Positions 22,037 through 35,239 are shown, counted from the first letter of the stretch. The stretch: 64,000 nucleotides of DNA from Kofleriaceae bacterium (GCA_046597055.1 JBKJLC010000123.1:8502-72501), one strand, 5' to 3'. Notes: generated by a model not told the origin, from the sequence alone. Made by a program: numbers and translations.

Positions 22037-22306
22037 TCAGCGGCGCAGGCTGAGCTGCTCGATGAGCTTCTTGTAGCGCTCGGCGTCCTTGCGCTTCAGG
22101 TAGTCGAGGAGGCTACGGCGCTGACCGACCATCTTGAGGAGCCCACGACGCGAGTGGTGATCCTTGTTGTTCACCTTCAGGTGCTCGGTCAGGTGAGAGA
22201 TGCGCTCGGTGAGGAGCGCAACCTGCACCTCGGGCGACCCGGTGTCGCCGTCGTGCTGCTTGTACTTGACGATGGTTTCTTGCTTGCGGATGGTCGAGAC
22301 GGGCAT
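22037..22306 (-). CDS. rpsO: 30S ribosomal protein S15
   Basis: [30 protein letters not shown]. Confidence 0.98.
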   Translation of the reverse strand: MPVSTIRKQETIVKYKQHDGDTGSPEVQVALLTERISHLTEHLKVNNKDHHSRRGLLKMVGQRRSLLDYLKRKDAERYKKLIEQLSLRR

Positions 22307-22425
22307 GGTGTTCCTCGTCGCCAGCGGGCTCGTCCTCGGGGACCAGCGGCGCGGCCTGGGTGGTTCGGTCGCGGAGGTTGGACGAAACCAGGTCGTCCGT
22401 CAAGCCGCGAAGCCGCGGGAGATCC

Positions 22426-23373
22426 TCAGGCCTCACCTGTAGATAGCGCCAGCGGCTCGGGGTTGGGCGCCGTGTGGGCCAGCACCCGGTGCAGCGCGAT
22501 GCGCTCCCCGGTGCGCTCGGCGATCGCCAGGATGTCCCCCGCCTCGGTCAGCATCTGGAACAGGCCGTCGTCGATGCCGGCGGCGAACACCGCGGGATCG
22601 AGGCGGCGGCCATCGCGCACGGTCCGCACCGCGGCGGCCGCGACCACCAGCGACGGCAGCCCGAGCGCCCGCGCCGGCGACACCAGGCGGGCGGCGGCGG
22701 TCGGGTGATCGAGGCCGGTCAGCGGCACCGCGTCGGCCAGGGTGAAGTGACCGCTGGCGACCCGACGCAGGCTGGTCAGCGACGCGCCACATCCCAGCCG
22801 CTCACCGAGGTCGCGCGCCAGGCTGCGCACGTAGGTCCCCTTGCTGCACGTGATCGCGAGCCGCGCCCGCGGCGGGCTCAGCTCGAGCAGCTCGACCCGG
22901 TCGAGCCGGACCGAGCGCGCGACCCGGTCGACCTCGACCCCGGCCCGCGCCAGATCGTGCAGGCGCACCCCGCCGTGCTTGATCGACGAGTACATCGGCG
23001 GCACCTGCTCCTGATCACCGGCCAGCCCGGCCAGCGCCGCCAGCAGCATCGCCCGATCGACCCGGGCCGCGCCCTCGGGGTCGCGGCGCATGACCGTGCC
23101 CGCGCGATCGTGGGAGTCGGTCTCGAGCCCGAGCTCGATCTCGGTCTCGTACTCCTTGTCCTCGGCGGTGAGCCACTGGACCAGCTTGGTCGACGAGCCC
23201 AGGCACACCGGCAAGACGCCGGTCGCCATCGGATCGAGCGTGCCGGTGTGGCCGGCGGTCTTGGCGCCGATCAGCCGGCGGACCTCGCCGACCACCGCGG
23301 CCGAGGTCATCCCGGCCGGCTTGTCGATGACCAGCACGCCGTGCAGCAGGTCGCGTTCGCCGCGGCGCTTCAC
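22426..23373 (-). CDS. truB: tRNA pseudouridine(55) synthase
   Basis: GVLVIDKPAGMTS, GHTGTLDPMATGVL, QVPPMYS, CSKGTYVRSL; GTG at 23373 overlaps the upstream stop. Confidence 0.95.
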   Translation of the reverse strand: MKRRGERDLLHGVLVIDKPAGMTSAAVVGEVRRLIGAKTAGHTGTLDPMATGVLPVCLGSSTKLVQWLTAEDKEYETEIELGLETDSHDRAGTVMRRDPEGAARVDRAMLLAALAGLAGDQEQVPPMYSSIKHGGVRLHDLARAGVEVDRVARSVRLDRVELLELSPPRARLAITCSKGTYVRSLARDLGERLGCGASLTSLRRVASGHFTLADAVPLTGLDHPTAAARLVSPARALGLPSLVVAAAAVRTVRDGRRLDPAVFAAGIDDGLFQMLTEAGDILAIAERTGERIALHRVLAHTAPNPEPLALSTGEA

Positions 23374-24458
23374 GGCTGCAGCGCCTGGATCCAGGCCCGG
23401 ACCGCCGGCACGCCGACGTCGTCGTCGGCGGTCTCGCGCCCGACCGGCGGCATCCGGTTGGGGCCCAGCGAGGTCATGCGGCTGTACAGCGTGCTCGCCG
23501 CCAGGTTGTTGGGTACGACGAGGTACGGCTCGGTCGAGCCGACCATCACGCGCTGGTTGACGGTGTAGCGGTAGGGCGGCGTCGCCGCCCACGACGTCCG
23601 CTGGTCGGCCGCGGTCAGCAGGCGCAGCTGCATGATCGCCTGCGGGCTCGGACCGGCGGCGAGCTCGGAGCGCGCGTTGTGGCAGCCGCTGCAGTTGGCG
23701 TGCATGTAGCCGAACGCGGCGGCGGTCGTCGGGTCAGCGGCACCAGCCGAAGGCAGTGGAAAGTACGGGCCGCTGGCCACGGGGGCCGGGTTGACCGACA
23801 GCTGGCCGGCCGCGACCAGGCCGGCCAGATCGAGCTGCCCGGCGGGCGCGTCGTGGTCGAGCTGGAGGGTGCCGAAGCCGAGGACGATGGTCGGGAACCG
23901 GTTGGGGCCGTGGCACTTCCGGCAGTCGGAGCGCGACGGGATATCGTTGTGGCCCGGGTCGTCGACGACCCCGGCCGAGACCGCGGTGGCGTCGGTGCCG
24001 GCGGGGTTCCACTGGTACGAGACCATGAACCAGTCGGCGAGGTCGTCGCTCGGCCCGGTCTTCCACAGCAGCCGCGTCTCGATCACCACGCCGCCCCGGG
24101 CGAACTCCTTCCAGAGCTTGGTGCCCTGCGGGAACGACCAGAAGTCCATGTCGCGGGTGTCGATGGTCGTGCCCGGTGGCAGGTAGATCCATCGTCCCTT
24201 GGCAGCGCCATCCGAGAACAGCTCCCAGCGCGGCGTGTACGGGACCACCCCGGGCGCCAGCGTCCGGGCCGCGATGTCGCTGTAGAGGCCGGTCTCCGAC
24301 AGCAAAGTCGGGTCGAGGTTCACCGCATCGACCGGCGCGTCGGTTGGCACCTCGACCGGGCCGTCGATCGGCTGGGCCTGACCCTCGTCATCCCCACAGG
24401 CCGCGGAGGCACCGAGCACCGAGAGCAAGCCGAGCACCGGAAGGAGCCGTGGACGCAT
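23370..24458 (-). CDS. SO2930-like diheme c-type cytochrome lipoprotein
   Basis: Lipobox ASAA-C; LLSETGLY, LFSDGAAKGRWIYLP, FPQGTKLWKEF, IETRLL, CRKCH, YMHANCSGCH, RMPP. Confidence 0.8.
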   Translation of the reverse strand: MRPRLLPVLGLLSVLGASAACGDDEGQAQPIDGPVEVPTDAPVDAVNLDPTLLSETGLYSDIAARTLAPGVVPYTPRWELFSDGAAKGRWIYLPPGTTIDTRDMDFWSFPQGTKLWKEFARGGVVIETRLLWKTGPSDDLADWFMVSYQWNPAGTDATAVSAGVVDDPGHNDIPSRSDCRKCHGPNRFPTIVLGFGTLQLDHDAPAGQLDLAGLVAAGQLSVNPAPVASGPYFPLPSAGAADPTTAAAFGYMHANCSGCHNARSELAAGPSPQAIMQLRLLTAADQRTSWAATPPYRYTVNQRVMVGSTEPYLVVPNNLAASTLYSRMTSLGPNRMPPVGRETADDDVGVPAVRAWIQALQP

Positions 24459-24600
24459 CGCTACGGAGAGTAGTCGGACTCGCCGGGCCGGCGCCATCGG
24501 AGTCTTCGCTTCGTGCACGTCGTCACGTCGTGGCCCCGGCCGCCATCGGCCCCCGGCCATCCCGGTCGGGCATCTCGGGCATCCGGCGCGTCCGGAGGTT

Positions 24601-25107
24601 TCAGCGGGCCGGATCGGGCGCGGACGCAGGGTCGTCGGCGGCCGCATCCGGCGCCGCATCCGGCGCCGCATCCGGCGCCGCATCCGCCACGGCCTCGGTC
24701 GCGTCCGCGCTTGCGGCCACCACCGGCGCCGGCTCGTCGGGCCCGCGGCCGGCCTCGCGGGCGCGCACCACGTCCTCCTCGACGATCTCGCGCAGCTTGC
24801 GGCTCATGACCGCGGTCGCATCGAGCTCGAACCGCAGCTCGGGTGGCCGCGACAGGTTGAGCCGCCGGCCCAGCGGCCCGCGCAGGAAGCCGGCCGCGCC
24901 CTGCAGCCCGGCCAGCGCCCGGGCTGCGACCTTGTCGTCGCCGTAGATCGAGACCCACACCCGCGCGACCGACAGGTCGGAGGTGCACTCGATCCGCGAG
25001 ATGCCGACGATGCCGGCGGCCTGCACGCGCGGATCTTTCACCTCGCGCGCGACCATCTCGGCCAGGTGCTCGCGCAGCGCGCTCTCGACGCGCTCCTTGC
25101 GGCCCAC
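24601..25107 (-). CDS. rbfA: Ribosome-binding factor A
   Basis: RKERV, VKDPRV, DLSVARVWVS, AAGFLR, PELRFELD; C-terminal APDA repeats (12-bp unit at 24641-24686). Confidence 0.93.
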   Translation of the reverse strand: MGRKERVESALREHLAEMVAREVKDPRVQAAGIVGISRIECTSDLSVARVWVSIYGDDKVAARALAGLQGAAGFLRGPLGRRLNLSRPPELRFELDATAVMSRKLREIVEEDVVRAREAGRGPDEPAPVVAASADATEAVADAAPDAAPDAAPDAAADDPASAPDPAR

Positions 25108-25150
25108 TACGGCACCGCTCTCGAGCTCACGTCAGCGCGAGGCCGTTGCA

Positions 25151-25549
25151 CTAGCCCCGACTCTCTTCGTCGCGCCACGACGCCGGGATCCAGTCTTCTT
25201 CGGCGGCGCCCTCGCCGGCGATCGGCTTGGTCCACGGCGAAGCCGCCGCGAACCAGTCGTCGCCGAAGCCGAGCACCTCGTGGCGCGCGGCGGTGATCTC
25301 GCCCTGGTCCTGGGCCGCGGTGAACGCGAGCACGCCCGCGATCGCCGCCTCGGACGCATCGCGGCTGCCGGTCAGGACCGAGAACGCCAGATCGGCGCGC
25401 TGCCAGGTGTCCTGACCGCCGACCTCGACCAGCCCGACCTGGAACCGCTGCTGGATGCGGTCGCGCAGGCGCCTCACGACGCTGCGCTTCTCCTTCAGCG
25501 AGTGGCTGTGGGCGATCAGCAGCGAGAAGCGACACACCGCGACGTGCAT
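25151..25549 (-). CDS. DUF503 (YlxP-like) protein
   Basis: HSLKEKRSVV, EVGGQDTWQRA; usual position between infB and rbfA. Confidence 0.9.
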   Translation of the reverse strand: MHVAVCRFSLLIAHSHSLKEKRSVVRRLRDRIQQRFQVGLVEVGGQDTWQRADLAFSVLTGSRDASEAAIAGVLAFTAAQDQGEITAARHEVLGFGDDWFAAASPWTKPIAGEGAAEEDWIPASWRDEESRG

Positions 25550-25649
25550 GACCTGCCGGCGAGGTTCTGGGGTCCGACTCCCATGTCGCGCACCCGGGGC
25601 GCGCGGCATGGCCCCCGGACGCGCGCGGCGCCGGGGTGGAGTCGCCGCC

Positions 25650-28600
25650 TCAGAGCGTCGCCGCCTCCTCGATGACCTCGTAGGTCTCGATCACGTCGCC
25701 GACCTTGAGGTCGTTGAAGTTCTGCATCATCACGCCGCACTCGTAGCCGGACGTGACCTCGCTGACGTCGTCCTTGAAGCGCCGCAGGCTGCCGACCTTG
25801 CCCTCGTAGACCTGGATCGAGTCGCGGATGACGCGCAGGAGCGCCTTCCGGGTGACCTTGCCGTCGGTGACCATACAGCCGGCGATCATGCCGACCTTCG
25901 GGATCATGAAGGTGTTGCGGACCTCGAGCTTGCCGACCGGCGACTCGCGCTTGATCGGCGCCAGCAACCCGGCCATCGCCAGCTTCACCTCGTCGAGCGC
26001 GTCGTAGATGATGTCGTAGAGGCGGATGTCGACGCCCTCTTGCTCGGCGAGCTTCGCGCTCTTGCCGGCCGGCCGGACGTGGAAGCCGAGCACGATGGCG
26101 CCGCCGGCCTTCGCCAGGTTGACGTCGCCCTCGGTGATGCCGCCGACGCCGGTCGCGATCACGTTGACCTTGACCTTCTCGGTCGACTGCTTGACCAGCG
26201 CGGCCTTGAGGGCCTCGGCCGAGCCCTGGACGTCCGCCTTCAGGACGATCTTCAGCTCCTTGCCGTCGCCGGTGCTCTCCTGGATGCGCGCCATCACGCT
26301 CTCGAGCGTGATCTTGAACGAGCTCGACAGCTCGCGCTTGCGCCAGACCTGGCGGCGGTGCTCGACGACCTGCTTGGCGGCCTTGTCGTCGTCGGCAACG
26401 TTGACCTGATCGCCGGCCTCGGGCACGCCGTCGAGACCCAGGATCTCGATCGGGGTCGAGGGACCCGCTTCCTTCAGCGTCTCGCCGCGGGCATCGAGCA
26501 TCGCGCGGACCTTGCCGTAGCAACGACCGGCCACCAGGATGTCGCCGACCTTGAGGGTGCCCTCCTGGATCAGGATGGTCGCCATCGGGCCGCGGTTCCG
26601 GTCGAGGCGAGCCTCGATCACGAGACCGGACGCCGACTTGTTCGGGTTGGCCTTGAGCTCGCCGAGCTCGGCGACCAGGGCGATCGTCTCGAGCAGCTTG
26701 TCGATGTTCTCGCCCTTGAGGGCGGACACGTTGACGTACTGGGTCTCACCACCCCACTCCTCGGGAATGAGGCCGTGGTCGGCGAGCTGCTGGCGGATGC
26801 GGTCGGGCTGGGCATCGGGCAGGTCGATCTTGTTGACCGCAACGATGATGGGGACCTGCGCGTCCTTGGCGTGGGCGAGCGCCTCGATGGTCTGTGGCAT
26901 GACGCCGTCGTTGGCGGCGACCACCAGGATGACGATGTCGGTGGCCTGCGCGCCGCGGGCGCGCATCTCGGTGAACGCCTCGTGACCGGGCGTGTCGAGG
27001 AAGACGATCTCGCCGTGGCCCACGCCGGCCGGCACCTTGTACGCGGCGATGTGCTGGGTGATGCCACCTGACTCACCCGCCGCGACCTTGGTGTTGCGGA
27101 TCTTGTCGAGCAGCGACGTCTTGCCGTGGTCGACGTGACCCATGATGGTCACCACCGGAGCGCGGTGGACCAGCGTCTCGTCGGCGTCGGCCGCCTCGGT
27201 GAAGATGTCCTCCTCCTTGAAGGAGATGTTCTGGACCTCGTACTGGAACTCGCCAGCGAGAATCTGGGCGGTCTCGAAGTCGATCGAGGCGTTGATGTTC
27301 ACGCCCGTCATGCCCATGCCCCAGAGCTTCTTGAGGACCTCGGTCGCCTTCACGCCCATGCCGCGGGCGAGGTCGGCGATCGCGATCGTCTCCTCCATAC
27401 GGATGACGCGCTTGTGCGCGGCCGCCTCGGTGATCTGGGTGCTCTTGCCCTTGCCCTTGGTCATGGGCAGCTTCTTCGAGCCGAAGCGATTGGCGCCCGG
27501 ACCGCGGGGGCCGCCCTTCTTCTGCTGCTCGGCGAAGCGACCGCGGATGGCCTGCGGACCGCCGGGCGGCGGCGTCGCCGCGGGGCGACCGCCAGCCGGC
27601 GCGCGCTCGGTGATCTGGATGCGCGTCGGCAGCTTGATGACGGTTCCGACCGCGGGCCGGCGCGGGTCGCGCACGATCTCGACGACCGGCGCGGGCGGCG
27701 CCTCCGGCTCGGGCACCGGGATCGGCGCCTCGGCCTGACGCTCGGCGGACCGGACGCGGGCCCGCTCCAGCTCGGCCTCGAACCGCGACCGCGCGGTGTC
27801 GGCGACCTCCTGCACGGTGGCGGGACCGACCGGTGGGCGCGGCGCCTCGTCGCGGGCCCGGACGATGACCGTCGGGCGCGGACCCTGGGGCAGCGGCGCG
27901 GCGGCCGGAGGGGCCGCCTGGGCGGCGGGAGCTGGCGCGGCGACGACTTCTTCGCGGGCGGCCACGCCGCCGGGGCGGAAGCTGGCCGGGCCGGCGATGA
28001 ACACGCGCGACTTGGGACGCTGGTCGCTGCTGGGGCGATCCTCCACGATGGGCTCCGGCGAGGTGGCGCTCTCCACGCCGTGGCCGTTCGATCCGTGATC
28101 GTCGCTGCTGGGCGGCTCGGCCGCAGCCTGGCTCTTGGCGGCGGCGCCGCCGTTGGCGGCCGCGGCGGCCGCCTGGCGGGCAGCCTCTTCGTCGCGGGCG
28201 GCGCGAGCGGCGGTGTCGCGGACGCGGGCTTCGCGCGCCTCGGTGACCTCGCGGACCTCGCGGGCGCGGGCCTCGGCGGCCTCGCGGATGCGCTGCTCGT
28301 CGCGCGCGCGGGCGTCGGCGCGGGCGGCCTCGCGAGCGCGGGCCTCGTTCTCCTCACGGGCGCGCTGCTCGGCCTCGGCCTCGGCGGTGCGACGCACGTC
28401 GAGCGCGGGCGCGGGCGCCTCGTCGACCGCACGGCGACGGACGATCGGCGGCGGCGACGCCACCGCGGCCGGCGCGGCCTCGGGCTCGTCGGCCTTGCTC
28501 GAGCGACGGCGCAGCACGGTGCCCGTCGAGAGCTTGTGGGTCTCCTGCGGCGATGCGCCAGCAGTGCGCTCCCTCTCGAGGGACTTCTTGATGCGAGCAA

Positions 28601-28718
28601 CGTCGTCGGCGCCAAGCGACGACATGTGGTTGTTCACCTCGAGCCCGAGCGCGCGGATCTTGGCAAGGAGCTCCTTGTTGGGGATCCCGACCTCTTTAGC
28701 AATCTCGTAAACGCGCAT
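25650..28718 (-). CDS. infB: Translation initiation factor IF-2
   Basis: [10 protein letters not shown]-terminus, [36 protein letters not shown] precedes the ATG at 28718 (alternative GTG at 28745). Confidence 0.98.
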   Translation of the reverse strand: MRVYEIAKEVGIPNKELLAKIRALGLEVNNHMSSLGADDVARIKKSLERERTAGASPQETHKLSTGTVLRRRSSKADEPEAAPAAVASPPPIVRRRAVDEAPAPALDVRRTAEAEAEQRAREENEARAREAARADARARDEQRIREAAEARAREVREVTEAREARVRDTAARAARDEEAARQAAAAAANGGAAAKSQAAAEPPSSDDHGSNGHGVESATSPEPIVEDRPSSDQRPKSRVFIAGPASFRPGGVAAREEVVAAPAPAAQAAPPAAAPLPQGPRPTVIVRARDEAPRPPVGPATVQEVADTARSRFEAELERARVRSAERQAEAPIPVPEPEAPPAPVVEIVRDPRRPAVGTVIKLPTRIQITERAPAGGRPAATPPPGGPQAIRGRFAEQQKKGGPRGPGANRFGSKKLPMTKGKGKSTQITEAAAHKRVIRMEETIAIADLARGMGVKATEVLKKLWGMGMTGVNINASIDFETAQILAGEFQYEVQNISFKEEDIFTEAADADETLVHRAPVVTIMGHVDHGKTSLLDKIRNTKVAAGESGGITQHIAAYKVPAGVGHGEIVFLDTPGHEAFTEMRARGAQATDIVILVVAANDGVMPQTIEALAHAKDAQVPIIVAVNKIDLPDAQPDRIRQQLADHGLIPEEWGGETQYVNVSALKGENIDKLLETIALVAELGELKANPNKSASGLVIEARLDRNRGPMATILIQEGTLKVGDILVAGRCYGKVRAMLDARGETLKEAGPSTPIEILGLDGVPEAGDQVNVADDDKAAKQVVEHRRQVWRKRELSSSFKITLESVMARIQESTGDGKELKIVLKADVQGSAEALKAALVKQSTEKVKVNVIATGVGGITEGDVNLAKAGGAIVLGFHVRPAGKSAKLAEQEGVDIRLYDIIYDALDEVKLAMAGLLAPIKRESPVGKLEVRNTFMIPKVGMIAGCMVTDGKVTRKALLRVIRDSIQVYEGKVGSLRRFKDDVSEVTSGYECGVMMQNFNDLKVGDVIETYEVIEEAATL

Positions 28719-28734
28719 GGGGCTCCGTTTCAGC

Positions 28735-29112
28735 TCACTCGTCACAGGTTCGGGGCGCTACCGGGCGCGGCACGCTTTCTACTGCGTCCGCGGGCGTTTG
28801 GCTAGGCCCAAGTCCGTCGGCGCGTGCGGCAGCTGGACCACGAGCGATCTCCCGCTGGAGCGCCTCGAGGTCCGGCCGACTCACGCCATGTCGCAAAGAA
28901 CGCGCCAGCCCTCCGCGACCCGCCCCCGCCAGACAGGCGGGTCGCGGATGCACGTACGCCCCTCGCCCTGCCGCGCGCCGCCGAAGATCGGCGACGGCGT
29001 GCCCCTCGATCAGCACCACACGGACGAGCTCCGACTGCGGCGCGATGGCGCGGCAGCCGACGCACGTGCGTACGGGCTGATGGACGGGGCGTTCGGGGCG
29101 AAGGGAATTCAC
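28735..29112 (-). CDS. ylxR: YlxR (DUF448) family RNA-binding protein
   Basis: [22 protein letters not shown]; lies between nusA and infB. Confidence 0.88.
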   Translation of the reverse strand: MNSLRPERPVHQPVRTCVGCRAIAPQSELVRVVLIEGHAVADLRRRAAGRGAYVHPRPACLAGAGRGGLARSLRHGVSRPDLEALQREIARGPAAARADGLGPSQTPADAVESVPRPVAPRTCDE

Positions 29113-29148
29113 GCGGAAGGTGGCTCCAGAGTCAGTGGGGCGGTGGCG

Positions 29149-30714
<1,566 letters not shown>

Positions 30715-30764
30715 CGTGGCCTCGTAGTCTTCTTCGGGTGGTCGGGAGTCCGGATCGTCCGGCG

Positions 30765-31442
30765 CTACGAGCCCTTGGCCGCACGGGGCGGCTTCGGGTT
30801 CCTGGGCTTCTTGGAAGGATTGGCGGGCGCGCCGTCGTCGGGACCGGCGGCGGCCGCAGGCGCGGGCCGACCGGGCAGTCGATCGCCGCGCATGACCGCG
30901 TCCCAGTCGGGGACGATCTTGGCGACGTCGACGTCCTTGATCGGGAACTTCCAGGGCTGACCGTCGACGATCACCCGGGCCTGCGCGGTGGCGCCGTCGC
31001 CCTCGACGCCGTCGAGCGTGCCACGGAAGTTCTTGCGCTCGCCGCCGCTCGCGGTCGAGACGCCCTGGAGCAGGGTCGCCTTGATCTCGGCGCCGACGAA
31101 CCGGCGGAAGTGCGCGACGCTGACCAGCGGCCGGTCGATGCCGGGGGAGCTGACCTCGAGGCTGTACGCCTGCGCGATCGGATCCTCGACGTCGAGAACC
31201 GCCGACAGCTCGCGCGACATGCGCTCGCAGTCGTTGAGGTCGATCGCGTCCTTCGCGGGCTCGTCACCGTCGGCGCGCGCGCCGGCGGGATGCTCGGGTA
31301 GGTCGATGAACACGCGCAGCACCCAGCCACCGGGCTCGGTGACGTACCGAATATCGACGAGGTCGTAGCCCGCGTGGACGCACACCGGTTCAACCAGCGC
31401 CCAAGCGCGTTGCCGTACGGTGTTTTCGTTGGCGCGGTTCAC
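30765..31442 (-). CDS. rimP: Ribosome maturation factor RimP
   Basis: [43 protein letters not shown] at 31442 preceded by GAGGA. Confidence 0.93.
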   Translation of the reverse strand: MNRANENTVRQRAWALVEPVCVHAGYDLVDIRYVTEPGGWVLRVFIDLPEHPAGARADGDEPAKDAIDLNDCERMSRELSAVLDVEDPIAQAYSLEVSSPGIDRPLVSVAHFRRFVGAEIKATLLQGVSTASGGERKNFRGTLDGVEGDGATAQARVIVDGQPWKFPIKDVDVAKIVPDWDAVMRGDRLPGRPAPAAAAGPDDGAPANPSKKPRNPKPPRAAKGS

Positions 31443-31519
31443 GATGCAATTCCTCGTCGACAGAGTGCTTTCGGATGGTTGCGTGAGAGCGAGAAACATC
31501 AGCGGCGGAGGCTCGAGAC

Positions 31520-31546
31520 AAAAAAAGGCGGGCCGAGGCCCACCTT
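31520..31546 (-). promoter_or_regulatory. rimP leader hairpin with U-tract (attenuator-like)
   Basis: Minus strand AAGGTGGGCC-TC-GGCCCGCCTTTTTTT, the GTGGG...CCCRC-polyT motif commonly found upstream of rimP-nusA. Confidence 0.7.
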
Positions 31547-31685
31547 CCAGACAGAGAGAGCGAAGCGGGTGTTGGGTACCACTCCCGCGGACCGGCCGCA
31601 AGTGGCTTTCGGCCGTCTCAATTGCCTGATTTCCGGAGTGTCCGGATGGGGAATGATCTCCCTGCTCGCCCGCGCGCGCGCCCGT

Positions 31686-33320
31686 TCAGGGCTGCATGCG
31701 CATGAGCGTGGTCACCGCCACCGACGGAACCGTCACCCGCAGGTGCGCGCGGGCATCGGCGAAACCGAACGAGGTCGCAAATGCGGCGCCGCCGGCCGGC
31801 ACCGACGACGCCGGCTTGCCGGACACGGTCGCGATCAGCGCGCCCACGTCGTAGACGAACACGATGCTATCCCGGTGCGCGCGGGCGTCGTCGACGAGCG
31901 CCGCGAGCGCGGCCGGCAGCGGCCCGGCCTTCGCCTTGCCGCGCGAGACCGCGACCAGCTTGCGCGCGGCCGCCAGGCTGTCGGGGCCGCCCACGAAGCC
32001 CATCACGTCATCCCAGACGCCCCACCGGCCCTCGGTGCGATCGCCCTGGGTCGCGCGCATCCGGGCCGCCTCGGCGGCGCCGAGCCCGCGGTAGTCGAAG
32101 GTCATCGTGGAGTGGATGAACTTCACCCCGTCGATCGCGGCCTTGTCGCGGCTGATCTGCATGCGGAGCTTGACCCCGCCGAGGTCGGTGGTCGAGCCGC
32201 CGGCGAGCGCCGCCGCCAGCTTGTCGGCGTGGCTGGCGGCGACCTTGGCATCGGTCACCTGATAGAGCGCGGCCATCGACATCGGCGGACCGGCGGGCGC
32301 GGCCGCCTGCTTGCGGCCGGCCGGCTTGCCGGCGCTCGGCGCGGGCGGGTTCATCACGGCGGTCAGCGCGATCTCACCGGTGACGGCGTCCCACATGCCG
32401 TTCATGGCCGCGCGCTCGCCGTCGTCGAGCGGATGGCCGAGCGACTTCTCGAACAGCGGCTCCATCAGCTTCTGGAACGCCGGGCGCAGCGGTCCCGACG
32501 CCCACCGGCCGGCCGCGACCACCATCGCGCCGTCGAGCGGCAACCGGCTCAGCAGCGGGAACGTCGACGGCTGCTGGGCCGCGACCAGCGCGTGCAGCCG
32601 GGTCGACCGCCGCGGGGTGGCCGCGAGGTCGATCGACGCGAGGTCGGCGGTGGCCTCGATGTGGAGGTCGAAGCGCGCGCTCGACTCGAGACCCTCGATC
32701 AGGCCGTCGGCGATCGTGGTCATCATGTCGTTCAGCTCGGGCGAGCTGCCAGGCACCGCCGCCATCGCGGCGATCATCTGCGGGCCGAGCTGGTCGATCG
32801 CGGTCCGGTGCGCGGCCAGGATCGCGGCCGGGAACACCGCCGCGGTCGGCGCCGCCGGCGCCTTTTCGAGGACCAGGGTCGCCAGCACCCACGGCGCGAC
32901 CCGCGCCACCGCCGGGGCCGGACCGATCACGGCCCAGCCCCGCGCGGTGCGCACCTTGGCGCCGGGCCCGACCGCACGCGCCAGCGCCTTGCCGTCTCGG
33001 ACCGGCACCACCAGCACCGGCGTCACGCTGCCGCCGGGCGGATCGAGCACCACCAGCCGCACCGGCTTGCCGAGCGCGATCCCGTCGAGGCCGCGGGCGC
33101 CGACCAGCTCGGCCAGCCCGGGCTGGAGCATCGCGGTCACCGCCACCGACGAGCCGGGCTGGATCCGGTCCGCGAAGTCGCCGACGCCCCCGAGCCGGTC
33201 GATCGAAGGCAGCGTCAGCACGGCGAGCACGTCGGCGGGTTGCGCGGCCGGCGCAGCCTCCGCACGATGCGCAGCGAGGGCGATCAGGACGACGATCCCG
33301 TACCGGGCGAGGCCAGACAT
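31686..33320 (-). CDS. Hypothetical exported protein
   Basis: Signal peptide (IVVLIALAAHRAEA), high-GC codon bias, no recognised domain. Confidence 0.75.
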   Translation of the reverse strand: MSGLARYGIVVLIALAAHRAEAAPAAQPADVLAVLTLPSIDRLGGVGDFADRIQPGSSVAVTAMLQPGLAELVGARGLDGIALGKPVRLVVLDPPGGSVTPVLVVPVRDGKALARAVGPGAKVRTARGWAVIGPAPAVARVAPWVLATLVLEKAPAAPTAAVFPAAILAAHRTAIDQLGPQMIAAMAAVPGSSPELNDMMTTIADGLIEGLESSARFDLHIEATADLASIDLAATPRRSTRLHALVAAQQPSTFPLLSRLPLDGAMVVAAGRWASGPLRPAFQKLMEPLFEKSLGHPLDDGERAAMNGMWDAVTGEIALTAVMNPPAPSAGKPAGRKQAAAPAGPPMSMAALYQVTDAKVAASHADKLAAALAGGSTTDLGGVKLRMQISRDKAAIDGVKFIHSTMTFDYRGLGAAEAARMRATQGDRTEGRWGVWDDVMGFVGGPDSLAAARKLVAVSRGKAKAGPLPAALAALVDDARAHRDSIVFVYDVGALIATVSGKPASSVPAGGAAFATSFGFADARAHLRVTVPSVAVTTLMRMQP

Positions 33321-33370
33321 CGGCGCATCCTACGGGACAAATCCGGCGCGGTAGATCAGAATGCGCGCCC

Positions 33371-35221
33371 GTGTCCGCGATCCTCACCGTCCTCGGGCTC
33401 GACAAGAGCTTCGGCCAGCGCCACGTGCTCCACGGCGTGTCGCTGTCGGTGCACGAGCGCGATCGGATCGGGCTCATCGGGCGCAACGGCGCCGGCAAGT
33501 CCACGCTGCTCAAGATGCTGGTCGGGGCCAACCGCGGCGTGGGCCTGGCCGACGACGAGGTCCGCGGCCTCGAGCCCGACGCCGGCTCGATCACGTGGCG
33601 GCGCGATCTCCGGCTCGAGTACGTCTCGCAGGAGCCGCGGCTCGATCCCGAGGCGGCGGTCGGCGCGGTGCTGGCCCGCGGCGGCCAGGTCCCGCTGCAC
33701 GCGATCCAGACCCTGGCCGCCGCGCTCGATCTGCCGCCGCTCGAGCAGCTCATGGGGACCCTGTCGATCGGCCAGCGCCGGCGGGTCGCGCTCGGCCGGG
33801 CGCTGCTCGGCGGCGCCGACGTGCTCGCGCTCGACGAGCCGACCAACCACCTCGACGCCCGCACCGTCACGTTCCTCGAGGAGCGCCTGGGCAGCTGGCC
33901 GGGCGCGCTGATCGTCGTGACCCACGACCGCTACCTGCTCGACCGGGTCGCGACCCGCATGGTCGAGCTCGACCGCGGCGATCTGCACTCGTACGAGGGC
34001 GACTACTCGACCTTCCTCGAGAAGCAGGCCGAGCGGCTGTCGACCGAGGCCAACGACGAGCACGAGCGCGCGATGTTCGTCCGCCGCGAGCTCGACTGGG
34101 TGCGGCGCCAGCCCAAGGCGCGCTCGGTCAAGGCCAAGGCCCGGCTCGACCGGTTCGACAGCGCGGTGTCGTCGGCGCCGACCGCCGAGGACGCGGTGCT
34201 GGGCGCGATGGCGCTGCGGCTGCCGACCGGGCCGCGCCTGGGCCGCACCATCCTCGATCTCACCAAGGTGAGCCGGCGGCTCGGCGGCCGCACCCTGTTC
34301 GAGGGGCTCACGCTCACGATGAAGGCGGGCGACCGGATCGGGATCGTCGGGCCCAACGGCGCCGGCAAGAGCACGCTCCTGCGCACGATCCTCGGCATCG
34401 ACCCGCCCGACGCCGGCAAGGTCGTGGTCGGCCAGAACACGATGTTCTCGTACCTCGAGCAGGGCCGCACCGAGCTGCGCGAGGACGCGACCGTGCTCGC
34501 CGAGGTCGCCGACGGCAGCGACCACGTCCTGCTCGAGGACGGCCCGGTCCACGTCCGGTCGTTCCTGAAGATGCTGCAGTTCGCCGACGCCACCGCCGAC
34601 ACCCCGATCGCCAAGCTATCGGGCGGCGAGCGCAACCGGGTCCAGCTGGCCCGGCTCCTGCGCCGCGGCGGCAACCTGCTGGTGCTCGACGAGCCGACCA
34701 ACGACCTCGATCTGCTCACCCTGGGCGCGCTCGAGGGTGCGCTGGCCAGGTTCCCCGGCTGCGCGCTGATCGTCTCGCACGACCGCTGGTTCCTCGACCG
34801 GGTCGCGACCGGCATCCTCGCGTTCGAGGAGGACGGCAAGGTCGTGTTCCACGAGGGCGACTACACGACGTACATGACCCGGCGCAAGGCGGCGCTCGCC
34901 GCGACCCCCGCCGCCAGCGTGACCGCCCCGCCCCGCCCGGCCGCGACCCGCGGCAACGGCGAGCGCGTGGCCGCGACCGGCCCGCGCAAGATCAGCTTCA
35001 AGGAGCGGCAGGAGCTGGCCGCGATCGAGCCGCTGATCCACGCCGCCGAGGCGCGGGTCGCCGAGCTGGAGGCCACGCTCTCGGATCCGGCGGTGTTCAA
35101 GGACCAGGGCGCCGAGGTCCCGGCGCTGATCGCCGCGCTCGATGCCGCCCGCCTCGACGTCGACCGGGTGTACGCGCGCTGGCAAGAGCTCGAGGCGCTC
35201 GCCGCCGCCACCCCGGCCTGA
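33371..35221 (+). CDS. ABC-F family ATPase (Uup-like)
   Basis: Two NBDs (GRNGAGKSTLL, LDEPTNHLD; GPNGAGKSTLL, LSGGERNR, LDEPTNDLD) and a C-terminal KISFKERQEL...RWQELE coiled coil. Confidence 0.93.
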   Translation: MSAILTVLGLDKSFGQRHVLHGVSLSVHERDRIGLIGRNGAGKSTLLKMLVGANRGVGLADDEVRGLEPDAGSITWRRDLRLEYVSQEPRLDPEAAVGAVLARGGQVPLHAIQTLAAALDLPPLEQLMGTLSIGQRRRVALGRALLGGADVLALDEPTNHLDARTVTFLEERLGSWPGALIVVTHDRYLLDRVATRMVELDRGDLHSYEGDYSTFLEKQAERLSTEANDEHERAMFVRRELDWVRRQPKARSVKAKARLDRFDSAVSSAPTAEDAVLGAMALRLPTGPRLGRTILDLTKVSRRLGGRTLFEGLTLTMKAGDRIGIVGPNGAGKSTLLRTILGIDPPDAGKVVVGQNTMFSYLEQGRTELREDATVLAEVADGSDHVLLEDGPVHVRSFLKMLQFADATADTPIAKLSGGERNRVQLARLLRRGGNLLVLDEPTNDLDLLTLGALEGALARFPGCALIVSHDRWFLDRVATGILAFEEDGKVVFHEGDYTTYMTRRKAALAATPAASVTAPPRPAATRGNGERVAATGPRKISFKERQELAAIEPLIHAAEARVAELEATLSDPAVFKDQGAEVPALIAALDAARLDVDRVYARWQELEALAAATPA

Positions 35222-35239
35222 CCCGCGGCCCCGAACCGG

